DNA from: an uncultured Lachnoclostridium sp.
GTDB lineage: Bacteria; Bacillota; Clostridia; Lachnospirales; Lachnospiraceae
Direction: 5' to 3'
Assembly (NCBI GenBank): GCA_946402335.1
Contig: CAMIWE010000003.1
Location: 2,400 to 66,399 of the forward strand
DNA: 64,000 nt
The position numbers and the translations under genes were made by a program. Below, one piece after another: positions 1 to 8,604 of this stretch (its first letter is position 1; each line of letters starts with the position of its first letter). The notes under the pieces are model-generated. The model worked only from the letters and a program-made list of their open reading frames with translations. It did no database searches and was not told the DNA's origin.

Positions 1-3000
1 CCTCATCGGTTCCCGTATAGATTGCGAAATATGCGGGTTCGCGGTCGTCCATATACTCTGCATCCAGCCAGGTCTTATTGATACGAAGGCCCCAGCCCTT
101 GATGTTGCGGACTTCCACTCGCGGATCCACGCCCTTGACCATAGTCTTTTCAATAACGGATGTGGTGTTAATCGTGTCGCTTCCTTCATGAATGACATAG
201 GTCTGGAAGGAGAAACCATCCGGAATCTCGTAATCACGCTCTTCCACTTTGTATTTGGTTCCTACAAGACGGTCACGGAATTCTACCGTACAGCCAACCG
301 GAATCTTGGAAACGGAGCCATTCATCGAGGTGGTAAAACTTACCGCATCTCTCTGCTGTTTCGTAAGAGAATCGAAATCGCTGACGCCGATGGACTGGAA
401 TCCGTTGGCCTGGGACCAGCTGCAGTAATTGCCCTGGGCATCCCGCACATGATACGTTACCATGTTGGCCGCGGTACATTCGTCATCAAACTGGCCTGCA
501 AAATATACTCTGAAGGCAAATACAGCAGAATCGTTCAAGATTTCCGTCACGCCGTCTGCCTGATACAACCGCTTCTCTACGGTAAGAACATTGATGGAAT
601 CCGGATCCACATGGTTGACATAGGCAACACGCGGACGGTATCTTACCATCTCAAACGGAATTTCAAAATCCTTATAAAGGGACGATTCATGTCCCGTAAT
701 ATCGACGGGATCCAACTGATTGCCGTCTGCCTTAACCCAGTCATAAATATCCGTATCGATACCGCACTCTACGATTTTATAGGATACCGCATCGTCCGGA
801 ATCTGAATTTCAGCTATTTCGTCGGGCTTTAACAGAAATACATGCTCATAGGTGATTCCTTCGGAACCGGGCATCGTAAACGAAGCAACATGCTTTACGG
901 GACGAACGGAATCCTTATAGAACACCTTAATATCGGAGCCGTCAGCCTGCGTAAGAAGAATCGGCTCGGAGACCTCATTCTCTCCTACGGGCGTCTTATA
1001 CCAGATCTGATAAGGATACTCGGCCTGCACGGAATCCTGTGACTCTACGCCGTCCAGTTTCTTGCTGAGTTCCACAGTACCCGGACGAACCGAAGCAAGG
1101 TTAAATCGCATATAAAGGTTGGATGCACCGCCGCCACGCTCCATGAAGAAGATTCGCATCGTATGGCTTGTGTAATCCTTAAAGACATAATCGCCGTTCG
1201 CATTTTGCTCAAAGATACCGTTTACATAATCAAGAGCTTCCTGCTCCGTGCAATTCTCACGGTTCTTGTAGTTGGTCTTGAAGATGTTATAAAGCGTATC
1301 CTCTCGCTGATGATTCTTTGCATCAATTGCATACTTTACACGGCCGGTACTGTAGTTTACGGTACCTCCTACCGCACTTCGCATACCGCCGAGGTCGAGG
1401 ATCAGTTCTCCGTCAACATAAAGCCAGAAATCATCGTCACCGGTGAACTCATAAATGATATCATGTCCCCAGTCATCCTTACCGCTCGGGGTCTGGGTAA
1501 AGGATGCAGCCATTTCCATACCGAAATAATGGTCCGGATTCTTAATCAGGTATAACTGCTCATTGTATCGCGGATCGCTGGTAGGAAGTGCTTCCTGAAG
1601 GGATGTATACAGGTTCTTCGCGTTCAACTCGGCAAATAAGCCGGCTTCGAGATCGTTAAACGGCATAAACTGGCCATGCTGAAGCGAAGGTCTCTGGCTG
1701 ATACTTGCACCGCTGTCCATCGAGGCGATTTCTTTGTAAACCTTGAAGTTACTGCCGTCAATGGAAGCAAAGTTCTGAGCACTGTCGAACTCGTAGTATC
1801 CGCTGCCGACATAGGTACTCTTAATAAACAGATGGTTTACCGGAAAAGCATTCGCATAAAGCGTTGCCATCGAAACTCCGTCGCCGTTAGTCGGATAACC
1901 GTCGTTACCGAGTTTAGTGGACAAAAGACCGGTTACAAGCGAATCTTTCTTGGTACTCAGAAGGAACGTATCCTGCTCATTGGGGTTATTATTGTTTTTG
2001 GTCGTAAAGTCGATCATTTTCAGGGTCATACCGAGAGACTCGTGATCAACCGTCGGAACCATCGTCAGATTATCGTCCTCGTTGACATCCTCAATGATAG
2101 CGAAATAGAAATCGGCCGCATCGCTCTTCGGACATACCTGCAGCGTTCCACCATCCGCATTCAAGGCGGCATAGCAATAACTGTCATCGTCCCATGCATA
2201 AATCGGCGTATAATAGTATCCGTCTCGGCGGCCGTTCAGGTTGATACCAATCTTCGTGTCGGAAACAATCTGATTGTTATTGTGCTGCGGCGCAATATAA
2301 GTACCGGAATACGGATTGTACAGATCATAGTAGAAGTTCGGATCGGTCGTGCCTTCCCAGTAATACTCGGAAAAATCCCAAAGCATCGTATTAAGACGCG
2401 TGCCCATCCACTGAATGGAATCGCCGTACTCAAAGCACTGTACAAGGCTTCCATCATGGTCCAGTGCATAATACTTATACTTCTTAACCGAATCGTCCCA
2501 GACACGGGTATAAATAATGATTTCCGAACCATTCGTAACTTCGGGATCGGATACGCTGACCTTTCTTGCGGAATAAACCATGTAATAGTCGACAGTCAGT
2601 TCCGAACGGTCCACCAGGTTCAACCATTCCGAACCGGCAGTTCCGCCTTTGCCGAATCCGCCTGCAACACTTCCCATATAGGTAAGCGCACGTCCGCCTG
2701 CGGAAAGGGATATCTGTCCTGTACGGGTTCCGGTTCCCGGAGTCACCTTGATCAAACCGGTATTCACATTAACCGAATCGAGTAATGTTAGACCGCTTGT
2801 CGTAATGTCCAGATATTTCCGCCCATTTGCCGTATTCGTATAAATATGATAGAGGTCTTCCCGAACCCATTCAAAGGTCCAGAAGTCAATATCGGAATCC
2901 TTCGGAACGAAAAGTCTCTGATCCGGGTTATCCTTATGAACCATTACATCCAAAGCCTTCGCTTTTAAGGAACCGGTACCGTTCTGTTCCGAAAGCATCG

Positions 3001-4927
3001 CACGACCGGTAACGCTTCCGCTCCAGTTAAGCAGTCCGTAGCTGTGTCCGTTAAGGTTATAAGGATCGGTAGCTGTCGCTAAACGACGCCAGATATAAAG
3101 ATTGTTATTAACATCACCGTAAGTACTCCATGCGGCAAATGCATTACCGTTTGCGCCGCCCTGCATATTGATATAGTATCCGGATGGTGCTAAAGCATTG
3201 AACGTATCGGTCTCTTTTAAGCTGATGGTAAATGCCGTACGCTGCGAAACATTGGTCGTCAGGTTCAGACTGTTCGTGGAATTAACGATATACCGCTTGG
3301 TCTCTCCGTCGTCCGCAAGGCAGTAAATATAAAACGTATCGCCGTCAGGCGTGATGCGTTCAAAATAATAGGTAACGGCTGCACCCGGAGGTGTGCTCTG
3401 TGCGGGCTTGGTCTTTGTAATACCGGTACGGGAGGAGGTAATATTGGTAATACCGGAAGTCAGGAAAAAGCCTGTCGTATGACCGATATAAACACCTGTC
3501 GCTCCATACTCTTCCAATTCGTCAAGGTCGGAAATCTTCTTCCAGTCAGCCGAATTACCTGCAGCAGGCCCCTGTACGATAACATAAGCGGAAAATCCTG
3601 CAGTCTCAAAGCTTACCGCGTCGCCCTGCGTCTGTGCGGTCAGTTCTTCCGGTTCCTCGCCGAAGTGGATAACCGAGAAGTCTTCATCGCCGTGCGCTTC
3701 ATCAAGAAGGTCGATGGTTACGGAAACGGGACTCGCGGGAATCAGTTCCGCACCTTCGGAATCGCGAACCGTAATATCAAATACACGTGCATATTGGAAG
3801 CTGTCCGCCCCCATCACACCTGCAGCCTGACGGATGTATTCTTCATATTCCGCTCCGGTCAGTTCGAGAACATCCAAAACCGCATCTGCAGGGAAGCCGG
3901 CAGACTCGTCATAACTTACGGAAATCCGGTAGGACTGCCCATCCGAAGCAACCAGCGTCTCCTGAAGACTCTGGGTACCGGTAAATTCTTTCTGCTTCTC
4001 AACTTCTTCGATTTCGGAGTAATCTTCAATTTCAGAATCCGCATCAGAATCGGAAAAATCGTTCTGATCAACCGTAGCGGAGTCATCATCGCTTACATTG
4101 TTCTCGTTACCATCGGCAACAGAATTGTTATTATCAACGGAGAGTGGATCTTCGTCCGTTATACTGTCATTATCAGACTGATCATTAGAATCGCCTTCAG
4201 AAGGCTCCTGCGTGTCATTATCGGGAACCGTTTCATCGGTTGGTTGTGTCGTTTCCACATCGGGAAGATCGGATTGTACCTCGTCAGAGGGGTCTGTCGA
4301 CGAAGCATCCGTTGCATCGGAGGCATCCGTCTGAGTATCATCTAAAGTATTATCAGAAAGATCGGAAGAATCCGTCGGAGTCTCGTCGGAAGCATTGTCG
4401 GAAAGGGACGTTGCCTCGTTGGAAGAATCCGTAATCTCCTCGCCCGAAGAATGATTAGAAATAGCCGCATCTTCGGAACGAGCCTCATCTTCAGAAGAAT
4501 CCGAAGCATCCTTATCTGCGTCATTCAGCAGCTCAGATCCGTCTGTTACGGTAACATCTGCCTGCGAATCGTTGGTAGCGTTCCCGTCTGCAACTTCGTC
4601 ATTCTGCTGAGCCTGATCGGAAGCACCGACCGCATCAGCATCCGCCTGCGAATCCTCTTGTGAACTCTCACCGGAAGCTACATTCTTGTCCGTCTGGGAT
4701 TCTTCTCCTGAAACTTCATCGGATACAACATCCGTACCCTCATCAAGATGCAAAGCATCTGCAATTGCATCGTTCAGAGGCTGTGCATCGGTATCGGTTT
4801 CATCCGAATTGACAACGTCCAATAAGCGTGCGCCGGAGTCCTCCGTCGCATTAGCGACAGACCTCCTGCCCACGCAGCCGGCCAATAAGCAAATCATTAA
4901 AAATATAGCTGTAAAACGCTTATACAA
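1..4927 (-). CDS. Pilus-associated giant adhesin, N-terminal >1642 aa (3' end lies beyond the left edge of the window)
   Basis: Absent from the ORF track because there is no stop inside the window. My own minus-strand translation gives RBS AAGGAGAG (4933-4940), a TTG start at 4927 and the signal MYKRFTAIFLMICLLAGC. Codon phase is identical at 4927, 3019, 1450, 1159 and 4, and the sequence reads protein-like throughout. It contains an acidic stalk, a PA14/fibro-slime signature and Ig-like (Cna-B/SpaA-like) segments. It starts 18 nt after the sortase stop. Confidence 0.8.
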   Translation of the reverse strand, partial: MYKRFTAIFLMICLLAGCVGRRSVANATEDSGARLLDVVNSDETDTDAQPLNDAIADALHLDEGTDVVSDEVSGEESQTDKNVASGESSQEDSQADADAVGASDQAQQNDEVADGNATNDSQADVTVTDGSELLNDADKDASDSSEDEARSEDAAISNHSSGEEITDSSNEATSLSDNASDETPTDSSDLSDNTLDDTQTDASDATDASSTDPSDEVQSDLPDVETTQPTDETVPDNDTQEPSEGDSNDQSDNDSITDEDPLSVDNNNSVADGNENNVSDDDSATVDQNDFSDSDADSEIEDYSEIEEVEKQKEFTGTQSLQETLVASDGQSYRISVSYDESAGFPADAVLDVLELTGAEYEEYIRQAAGVMGADSFQYARVFDITVRDSEGAELIPASPVSVTIDLLDEAHGDEDFSVIHFGEEPEELTAQTQGDAVSFETAGFSAYVIVQGPAAGNSADWKKISDLDELEEYGATGVYIGHTTGFFLTSGITNITSSRTGITKTKPAQSTPPGAAVTYYFERITPDGDTFYIYCLADDGETKRYIVNSTNSLNLTTNVSQRTAFTISLKETDTFNALAPSGYYINMQGGANGNAFAAWSTYGDVNNNLYIWRRLATATDPYNLNGHSYGLLNWSGSVTGRAMLSEQNGTGSLKAKALDVMVHKDNPDQRLFVPKDSDIDFWTFEWVREDLYHIYTNTANGRKYLDITTSGLTLLDSVNVNTGLIKVTPGTGTRTGQISLSAGGRALTYMGSVAGGFGKGGTAGSEWLNLVDRSELTVDYYMVYSARKVSVSDPEVTNGSEIIIYTRVWDDSVKKYKYYALDHDGSLVQCFEYGDSIQWMGTRLNTMLWDFSEYYWEGTTDPNFYYDLYNPYSGTYIAPQHNNNQIVSDTKIGINLNGRRDGYYYTPIYAWDDDSYCYAALNADGGTLQVCPKSDAADFYFAIIEDVNEDDNLTMVPTVDHESLGMTLKMIDFTTKNNNNPNEQDTFLLSTKKDSLVTGLLSTKLGNDGYPTNGDGVSMATLYANAFPVNHLFIKSTYVGSGYYEFDSAQNFASIDGSNFKVYKEIASMDSGASISQRPSLQHGQFMPFNDLEAGLFAELNAKNLYTSLQEALPTSDPRYNEQLYLIKNPDHYFGMEMAASFTQTPSGKDDWGHDIIYEFTGDDDFWLYVDGELILDLGGMRSAVGGTVNYSTGRVKYAIDAKNHQREDTLYNIFKTNYKNRENCTEQEALDYVNGIFEQNANGDYVFKDYTSHTMRIFFMERGGGASNLYMRFNLASVRPGTVELSKKLDGVESQDSVQAEYPYQIWYKTPVGENEVSEPILLTQADGSDIKVFYKDSVRPVKHVASFTMPGSEGITYEHVFLLKPDEIAEIQIPDDAVSYKIVECGIDTDIYDWVKADGNQLDPVDITGHESSLYKDFEIPFEMVRYRPRVAYVNHVDPDSINVLTVEKRLYQADGVTEILNDSAVFAFRVYFAGQFDDECTAANMVTYHVRDAQGNYCSWSQANGFQSIGVSDFDSLTKQQRDAVSFTTSMNGSVSKIPVGCTVEFRDRLVGTKYKVEERDYEIPDGFSFQTYVIHEGSDTINTTSVIEKTMVKGVDPRVEVRNIKGWGLRINKTWLDAEYMDDREPAYFAIYTGTDE
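1095..2045 (-). other. PA14 / fibro-slime-like lectin domain inside the adhesin
   Basis: Translated motifs: LGMTLKMIDFTT..., HDIIYEFTGDDDFWLYVDGELILDLGGMRSAVGG..., and YTSHTMRIFFMERGGGASNLYMRFNL. The GDDDFW-x-VDG-x-L-x-DLGG and ERGG motifs are the hallmark of PA14/fibro-slime domains. Boundaries are approximate. Confidence 0.6.
4000..4860 (-). other. Hyper-acidic D/S/E/T-rich low-complexity stalk of the adhesin
   Basis: About 290 aa directly after the signal peptide. The sequence runs DETDTDAQPLNDA...SDSSEDEARSEDAA...DSDADSEIEDYSEIEEVEKQ and has almost no hydrophobic or basic residues. Confidence 0.7.
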
Positions 4928-4945
4928 AATGACTCTCCTTATTCC

Positions 4946-6328
4946 TTACGCACCTTGTTCGGCCTTGTCTTTCTGCTCCTCTTCAAGCGCCTTTTTGTAA
5001 CGAGTGAAAAGGAATCCCGCCAACCAGCATAACAGCATCAATACTAACATAATCGGCGTCCAGCGGTCGATGATTGTCATCGGAAGCCGCATGTTCTCGG
5101 TCAGAATGAAAACGATCAGTGCCAGCAGTGATGCCGCTGCCTGAGCTATAATTCCGATCCGGAATTTCTTCGTAAAGGCACTTACGTCATAATACATATT
5201 TTCAATTGCTTCTTTGAAATCCTGCTCCGTGATCTCTCCGCCTTTATAGCCGTGGTGCAGAAGTGCTTTCGCCATAATCTTCTCACGTTCCGCCTGCTTC
5301 TCGGGAGTCAGATTTTCCTCATCCCAGAGCATTGCCTTCTTTTCATTGAAGGCCTTCATATTGCGGATCCGTCCGTATTTGGCTCTCAGATGGAACAATG
5401 GGAACAGAATATAAATCGTAACAATCAGGCAGATCAGATTGAGCAGGGCCCAGGCTTTCTTTCCGTAAGAAGATCCGCCCGGGTTAAAGATACGGTCCCA
5501 AAGGGATTCTTTCTTCGTTTCCGTCTGCTTGTCAGGAACCACCGCTTCTCCGGTCGGTTTCGGCGTGATGGTCGGCTCCGGAACAACTCCGTCGGGGTCT
5601 TCCATGCAGAATACCACAAGGCGGCCGTTGGTTGTCGCATCCGCACAGGTGGATAATGCGATGATCTTCGTAACCGGATCAATGTTCACCTTTTCCTCAA
5701 CCTTTGCCTTTGAGGAGATATACTCCATCAGTTCCGAAAGGTCACGGTCACCGACCGTATAGATGTTCTCATCATAGGCGTCCGTGATGATTGCGGCAAA
5801 TACGACTACGTTAAACGTTCTCTCGGGACTGATAATGATACCTTTCTGATGGGTCTTCAGATAGTCTTCTTCAAGATAACGGTCAAGTCCGCCGAACATG
5901 GCACCGTTATCCATATGATGTCCGAAAAGAACAATATAGTTATCGCTAAGGTCAGCCTTGTTGGCCGATGCCATATAAATCGCTCCGGTCAGACTGCTCT
6001 GTCCGTTTACATCATGATTTGCATAATACAAATCATCCTTGCCCTGCATTACCGGATAATCAATCTTCGTATCCGTAAGACGTATCCAGGCTCTGTAGTC
6101 TTCATATTCCTCTGCAATATTGCTCTGCGATTCAATAATCTCTTCTTCAGATTCAAAGTCGCCGATACCCGATTCAAACGCACGGTTTTGCGTATAAATC
6201 TGCTCATATAACGAATACCCGGCGAAAAGAATCATAAACGATCCGAGTATGGCCGATGCAGCAATCAGGAGACGAACGCCGATAAAACTCGTATAGGAAA
6301 ATATCAATTGTAACTTCGAGTTCCGCAT
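4946..6328 (-). CDS. Class B sortase (pilin polymerase candidate) with a long C-terminal membrane extension
   Basis: 460-aa ORF with an N-terminal TM anchor. Class B-like motifs are YRAWIRLTDTKIDYPVMQG, IVLFGHHMDNGAMFGGL, the catalytic ALSTC and NGRLVV (Arg). It sits between the SipA-like gene and the adhesin gene. Confidence 0.85.
   Translation of the reverse strand: MRNSKLQLIFSYTSFIGVRLLIAASAILGSFMILFAGYSLYEQIYTQNRAFESGIGDFESEEEIIESQSNIAEEYEDYRAWIRLTDTKIDYPVMQGKDDLYYANHDVNGQSSLTGAIYMASANKADLSDNYIVLFGHHMDNGAMFGGLDRYLEEDYLKTHQKGIIISPERTFNVVVFAAIITDAYDENIYTVGDRDLSELMEYISSKAKVEEKVNIDPVTKIIALSTCADATTNGRLVVFCMEDPDGVVPEPTITPKPTGEAVVPDKQTETKKESLWDRIFNPGGSSYGKKAWALLNLICLIVTIYILFPLFHLRAKYGRIRNMKAFNEKKAMLWDEENLTPEKQAEREKIMAKALLHHGYKGGEITEQDFKEAIENMYYDVSAFTKKFRIGIIAQAAASLLALIVFILTENMRLPMTIIDRWTPIMLVLMLLCWLAGFLFTRYKKALEEEQKDKAEQGA
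4949..5565 (-). other. Non-canonical C-terminal extension of the sortase (Pro-rich linker, 3 predicted TM helices, ~90-aa charged loop)
   Basis: Residues ~256-460. The linker is PDGVVPEPTITPKPTGEAVVPDKQ. The TM helices are AWALLNLICLIVTIYILFPLF, IGIIAQAAASLLALIVFILT and WTPIMLVLMLLCWLAGFLFT. The tail is KKALEEEQKDKAEQGA. Confidence 0.6.
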
Positions 6329-6363
6329 TCCTTCTCCTTTCCGATGCAGATTTTTGTAATTTC

Positions 6364-6957
6364 TTACAGATTATTCCGGCGGAATAATGTAATTATCGTA
6401 CCGAGAATGTCTTTCTTCGTAACCGGTCCGAAATAACGGCTGTCCATACCGTTCATCCGGTCGTCGGAAAGAACAAAATACTGTCCTTCTTCGAGCTTGA
6501 TCGGATAAGTGACCTTGTCGCCGCGTTTCGGTGTAATCTTCAGATAATCCTCTGATTCGTTGATCACATTGCCGTTTACAACAAGCAAATTGGATTCGTT
6601 GATGTCAACAGTGTCACCGGGTGTGGCCACGACACGGCCCACAAGAAGCGTTTTCTTTCCGTTTTTCTCCGTATCCATCTCATACAGAATAACTTCACGG
6701 AATTTCGGCTTCTTATCCATCCGGAAGAAAATCAGAAGGTCGCCGGCATCAATCCGCGGCTCCATATCGGATGAAGGCATATGGGTAATTCCGATAATCT
6801 TAAAAAACAGAAGCCATATGACGAAAAGGAATATAACCAGATAAAGAAGAAACCAGCCGGCATTCTTCATCGTCTTTTCCGCTTTTCTGATGTCGGATTT
6901 TAATTTTTCGGACTCTTCTTTCTTCTCCTGAGTCTCTTTTACAGTATCCTCTGCCAT
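6364..6957 (-). CDS. SipA/LepA-like signal-peptidase-I homologue lacking the Ser/Lys dyad (pilus assembly chaperone candidate)
   Basis: 197 aa with an N-terminal TM. Its S26 boxes are PSSDMEPRIDAGDLL (canonical GDSMxPT) and LLVGRVVATPGDTV (canonical KRVIGLPGD). Asp64 (codon 6766-6768) sits at the catalytic Ser position and Gly107 at the Lys position. The C-terminal box is YFVLSDDRMNGMDSRYFGPV. RBS GGAAGGAG lies 7 nt upstream. Confidence 0.8.
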   Translation of the reverse strand: MAEDTVKETQEKKEESEKLKSDIRKAEKTMKNAGWFLLYLVIFLFVIWLLFFKIIGITHMPSSDMEPRIDAGDLLIFFRMDKKPKFREVILYEMDTEKNGKKTLLVGRVVATPGDTVDINESNLLVVNGNVINESEDYLKITPKRGDKVTYPIKLEEGQYFVLSDDRMNGMDSRYFGPVTKKDILGTIITLFRRNNL

Positions 6958-7068
6958 AAACGGCTCCTTCCTTATTGAACGGGAAAAGACCCGACAGCCC
7001 TATAGAAACTATACAGCCATCGGATCTTTTGACACCCTGACTGTTCGTAAGGGTATTCAATTTCGGTT

Positions 7069-8466
7069 TTAGTAAACTGCCTCTTCCTCTCTTCTGTTAC
7101 GCTTGAAAAGAAGTACGCAGAACATGATCAGCAATCCGCCCGCGAAGAGAATCATGAGGTAAGGCGCAAACCGGAGGATAACACCGGTAGGCGAAATGTT
7201 CTCAAACGTATTGGTAACAGCTACGGTGTGATCAACGGTATCGGCCTGATCTGCAGTCGTTGCGATCGTAACCATGGTGGACTCGTAAGCAGCTTTGGCA
7301 GACTGAACAACAGCCGACGAAGGTGCGCTTCCGCTTGTTACACCGCTGTCACTGGTCGTAGCATCCGAATCCACAACCGTCTGAACCTTGTAGGTAACAC
7401 CGGTCTGGTTGTTGGTCTCATATACCTGTGTGGTGGTGCCTGCAGGAATACCGATATATTTGATGGAGCCGCCGTCCATGATGAGGGCAACTACACCGAT
7501 CTCATTGCTGGTAAATGCAGCAAGTGCAGGATCATAGGATCCGTCAACCTTATCGCTGTTATTCGGCGTTGCGATAATATCAACCTGTCTGGTAATCGTG
7601 CTGTTCGTAAATACTACGGTGAACGGATACTTAGCTGTCAATGCGCCGTATGCGTCTCCCACAACCGTCTTCGATACCGTTACGTTGTAGGTATAGTATT
7701 TGTCGGCTGCGGTAATCAAATCACCGGAAGTCGGGTCTGTCTTGGAAACAAAACCGGTCGTCTTAACGGCAACGGTTCCCTTGTTCGCATCCGTAAAGGT
7801 TTCATTGTTAAAGAAGCAGGTATATCCGTAAATATCCCAGTCGGTTGCAGACTGACCGTTATTGGTCATTCCATCCGGATTCGGACGAACATATACATCG
7901 ATGTAACGGGTATCTGCAAGTTCGGTATCCGTAACGCCGGAAGTAGCGAATGTATATCCATCCGTAAGATTCTCGGTCAATACATAGCGGTATACGCCTG
8001 CACCGGTAAATACAACATTCGAAAAATCAATACCGAAAGCCTTGGTATTGGCTACACCATCCGTTCCTGCCGTAATCGTCTCGGAAGGCGACCAGCTTAC
8101 CGCGCCCGTTACGGTAGCTCCGGTGATGCCGGCCTTAACTGTAGCAATAACCGAGCCCGAAGGATTATGCTTGTCGGCTGCGTCAGTAACCGTGGTTCCG
8201 TCCGTTACGGTTGCCGGAGCAATCGTATAAGTATAACTGATGTCCGGAGCGTTCACGGTAATATTGTCCACAGCATTATATGCCCGCAGTTCCTTAGCAA
8301 GATACAGCGTCTTCGACTGTGAAACCGGTGTATCGGGGCTCGTAAAAGCGCCCTGCTCGCCGTTATTGTCAATCGAAGGCGTCGGCGGTGTTGAAGCAAA
8401 TGTCTGTGCGCACATTGCCATCACCATAACAACGGTTAAAATGACTGAAAAAATACGTTTACGCAT
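7069..8466 (-). CDS. Backbone pilin candidate with a non-LPXTG (ISPTG) cell-wall sorting signal
   Basis: 465 aa with signal peptide MRKRIFSVILTVVMVMAMCAQTFA. The body is T/V/G/A-rich and beta-strand-like. The C-terminus reads ENISPTG followed by a hydrophobic helix and KRNRREEE. It is the first gene of the operon, behind a 336-nt AT-rich promoter region. Confidence 0.8.
   Translation of the reverse strand: MRKRIFSVILTVVMVMAMCAQTFASTPPTPSIDNNGEQGAFTSPDTPVSQSKTLYLAKELRAYNAVDNITVNAPDISYTYTIAPATVTDGTTVTDAADKHNPSGSVIATVKAGITGATVTGAVSWSPSETITAGTDGVANTKAFGIDFSNVVFTGAGVYRYVLTENLTDGYTFATSGVTDTELADTRYIDVYVRPNPDGMTNNGQSATDWDIYGYTCFFNNETFTDANKGTVAVKTTGFVSKTDPTSGDLITAADKYYTYNVTVSKTVVGDAYGALTAKYPFTVVFTNSTITRQVDIIATPNNSDKVDGSYDPALAAFTSNEIGVVALIMDGGSIKYIGIPAGTTTQVYETNNQTGVTYKVQTVVDSDATTSDSGVTSGSAPSSAVVQSAKAAYESTMVTIATTADQADTVDHTVAVTNTFENISPTGVILRFAPYLMILFAGGLLIMFCVLLFKRNRREEEAVY
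7072..7197 (-). other. Sorting signal: ISPTG motif + TM helix + positively charged tail
   Basis: The ISPTG codons lie at 7183-7197. They are followed by VILRFAPYLMILFAGGLLIMFCVLLF and KRNRREEEAVY. Confidence 0.8.
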
Positions 8467-8576
8467 AAGTCGTTCCCTCTCTTTATGATTTTTTCATATG
8501 GATTTGTGAAAAATCCTTTACGCACATTCCTCAAATAGAGCAATCGCTTTCTGTAATAATAAAATACCACTTTTTG

Positions 8577-8600
8577 CGCTTAATTACAATTAATTAAGCG
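8577..8600. promoter_or_regulatory. Perfect 10-bp inverted repeat CGCTTAATTA-caat-TAATTAAGCG (operator candidate) in the pilus promoter region
   Basis: Read directly from the sequence. It lies 5 nt downstream of the candidate -10 box of the pilin operon. Confidence 0.4.
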
Positions 8601-8604
8601 AAAA

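Noticed and set aside
3290-3330. Thioester (TED) adhesin motif suggested by YIYCLADDGE in the pilus adhesin.
   Set aside because: TED domains need [YF]C[LIVM][QEND]-x5-P together with a downstream TQxA(I/V)W Gln motif. Neither the Pro spacing nor any TQxAxW motif is present in the part of the protein I can see.
5480-5530. KPTGE in the sortase's own Pro-rich linker as a pseudo-substrate resembling the pilin ISPTG signal.
   Set aside because: The match is only PTG in a Pro/Thr-rich linker, which is easily a chance occurrence. There is no following hydrophobic or charged sorting-signal context.
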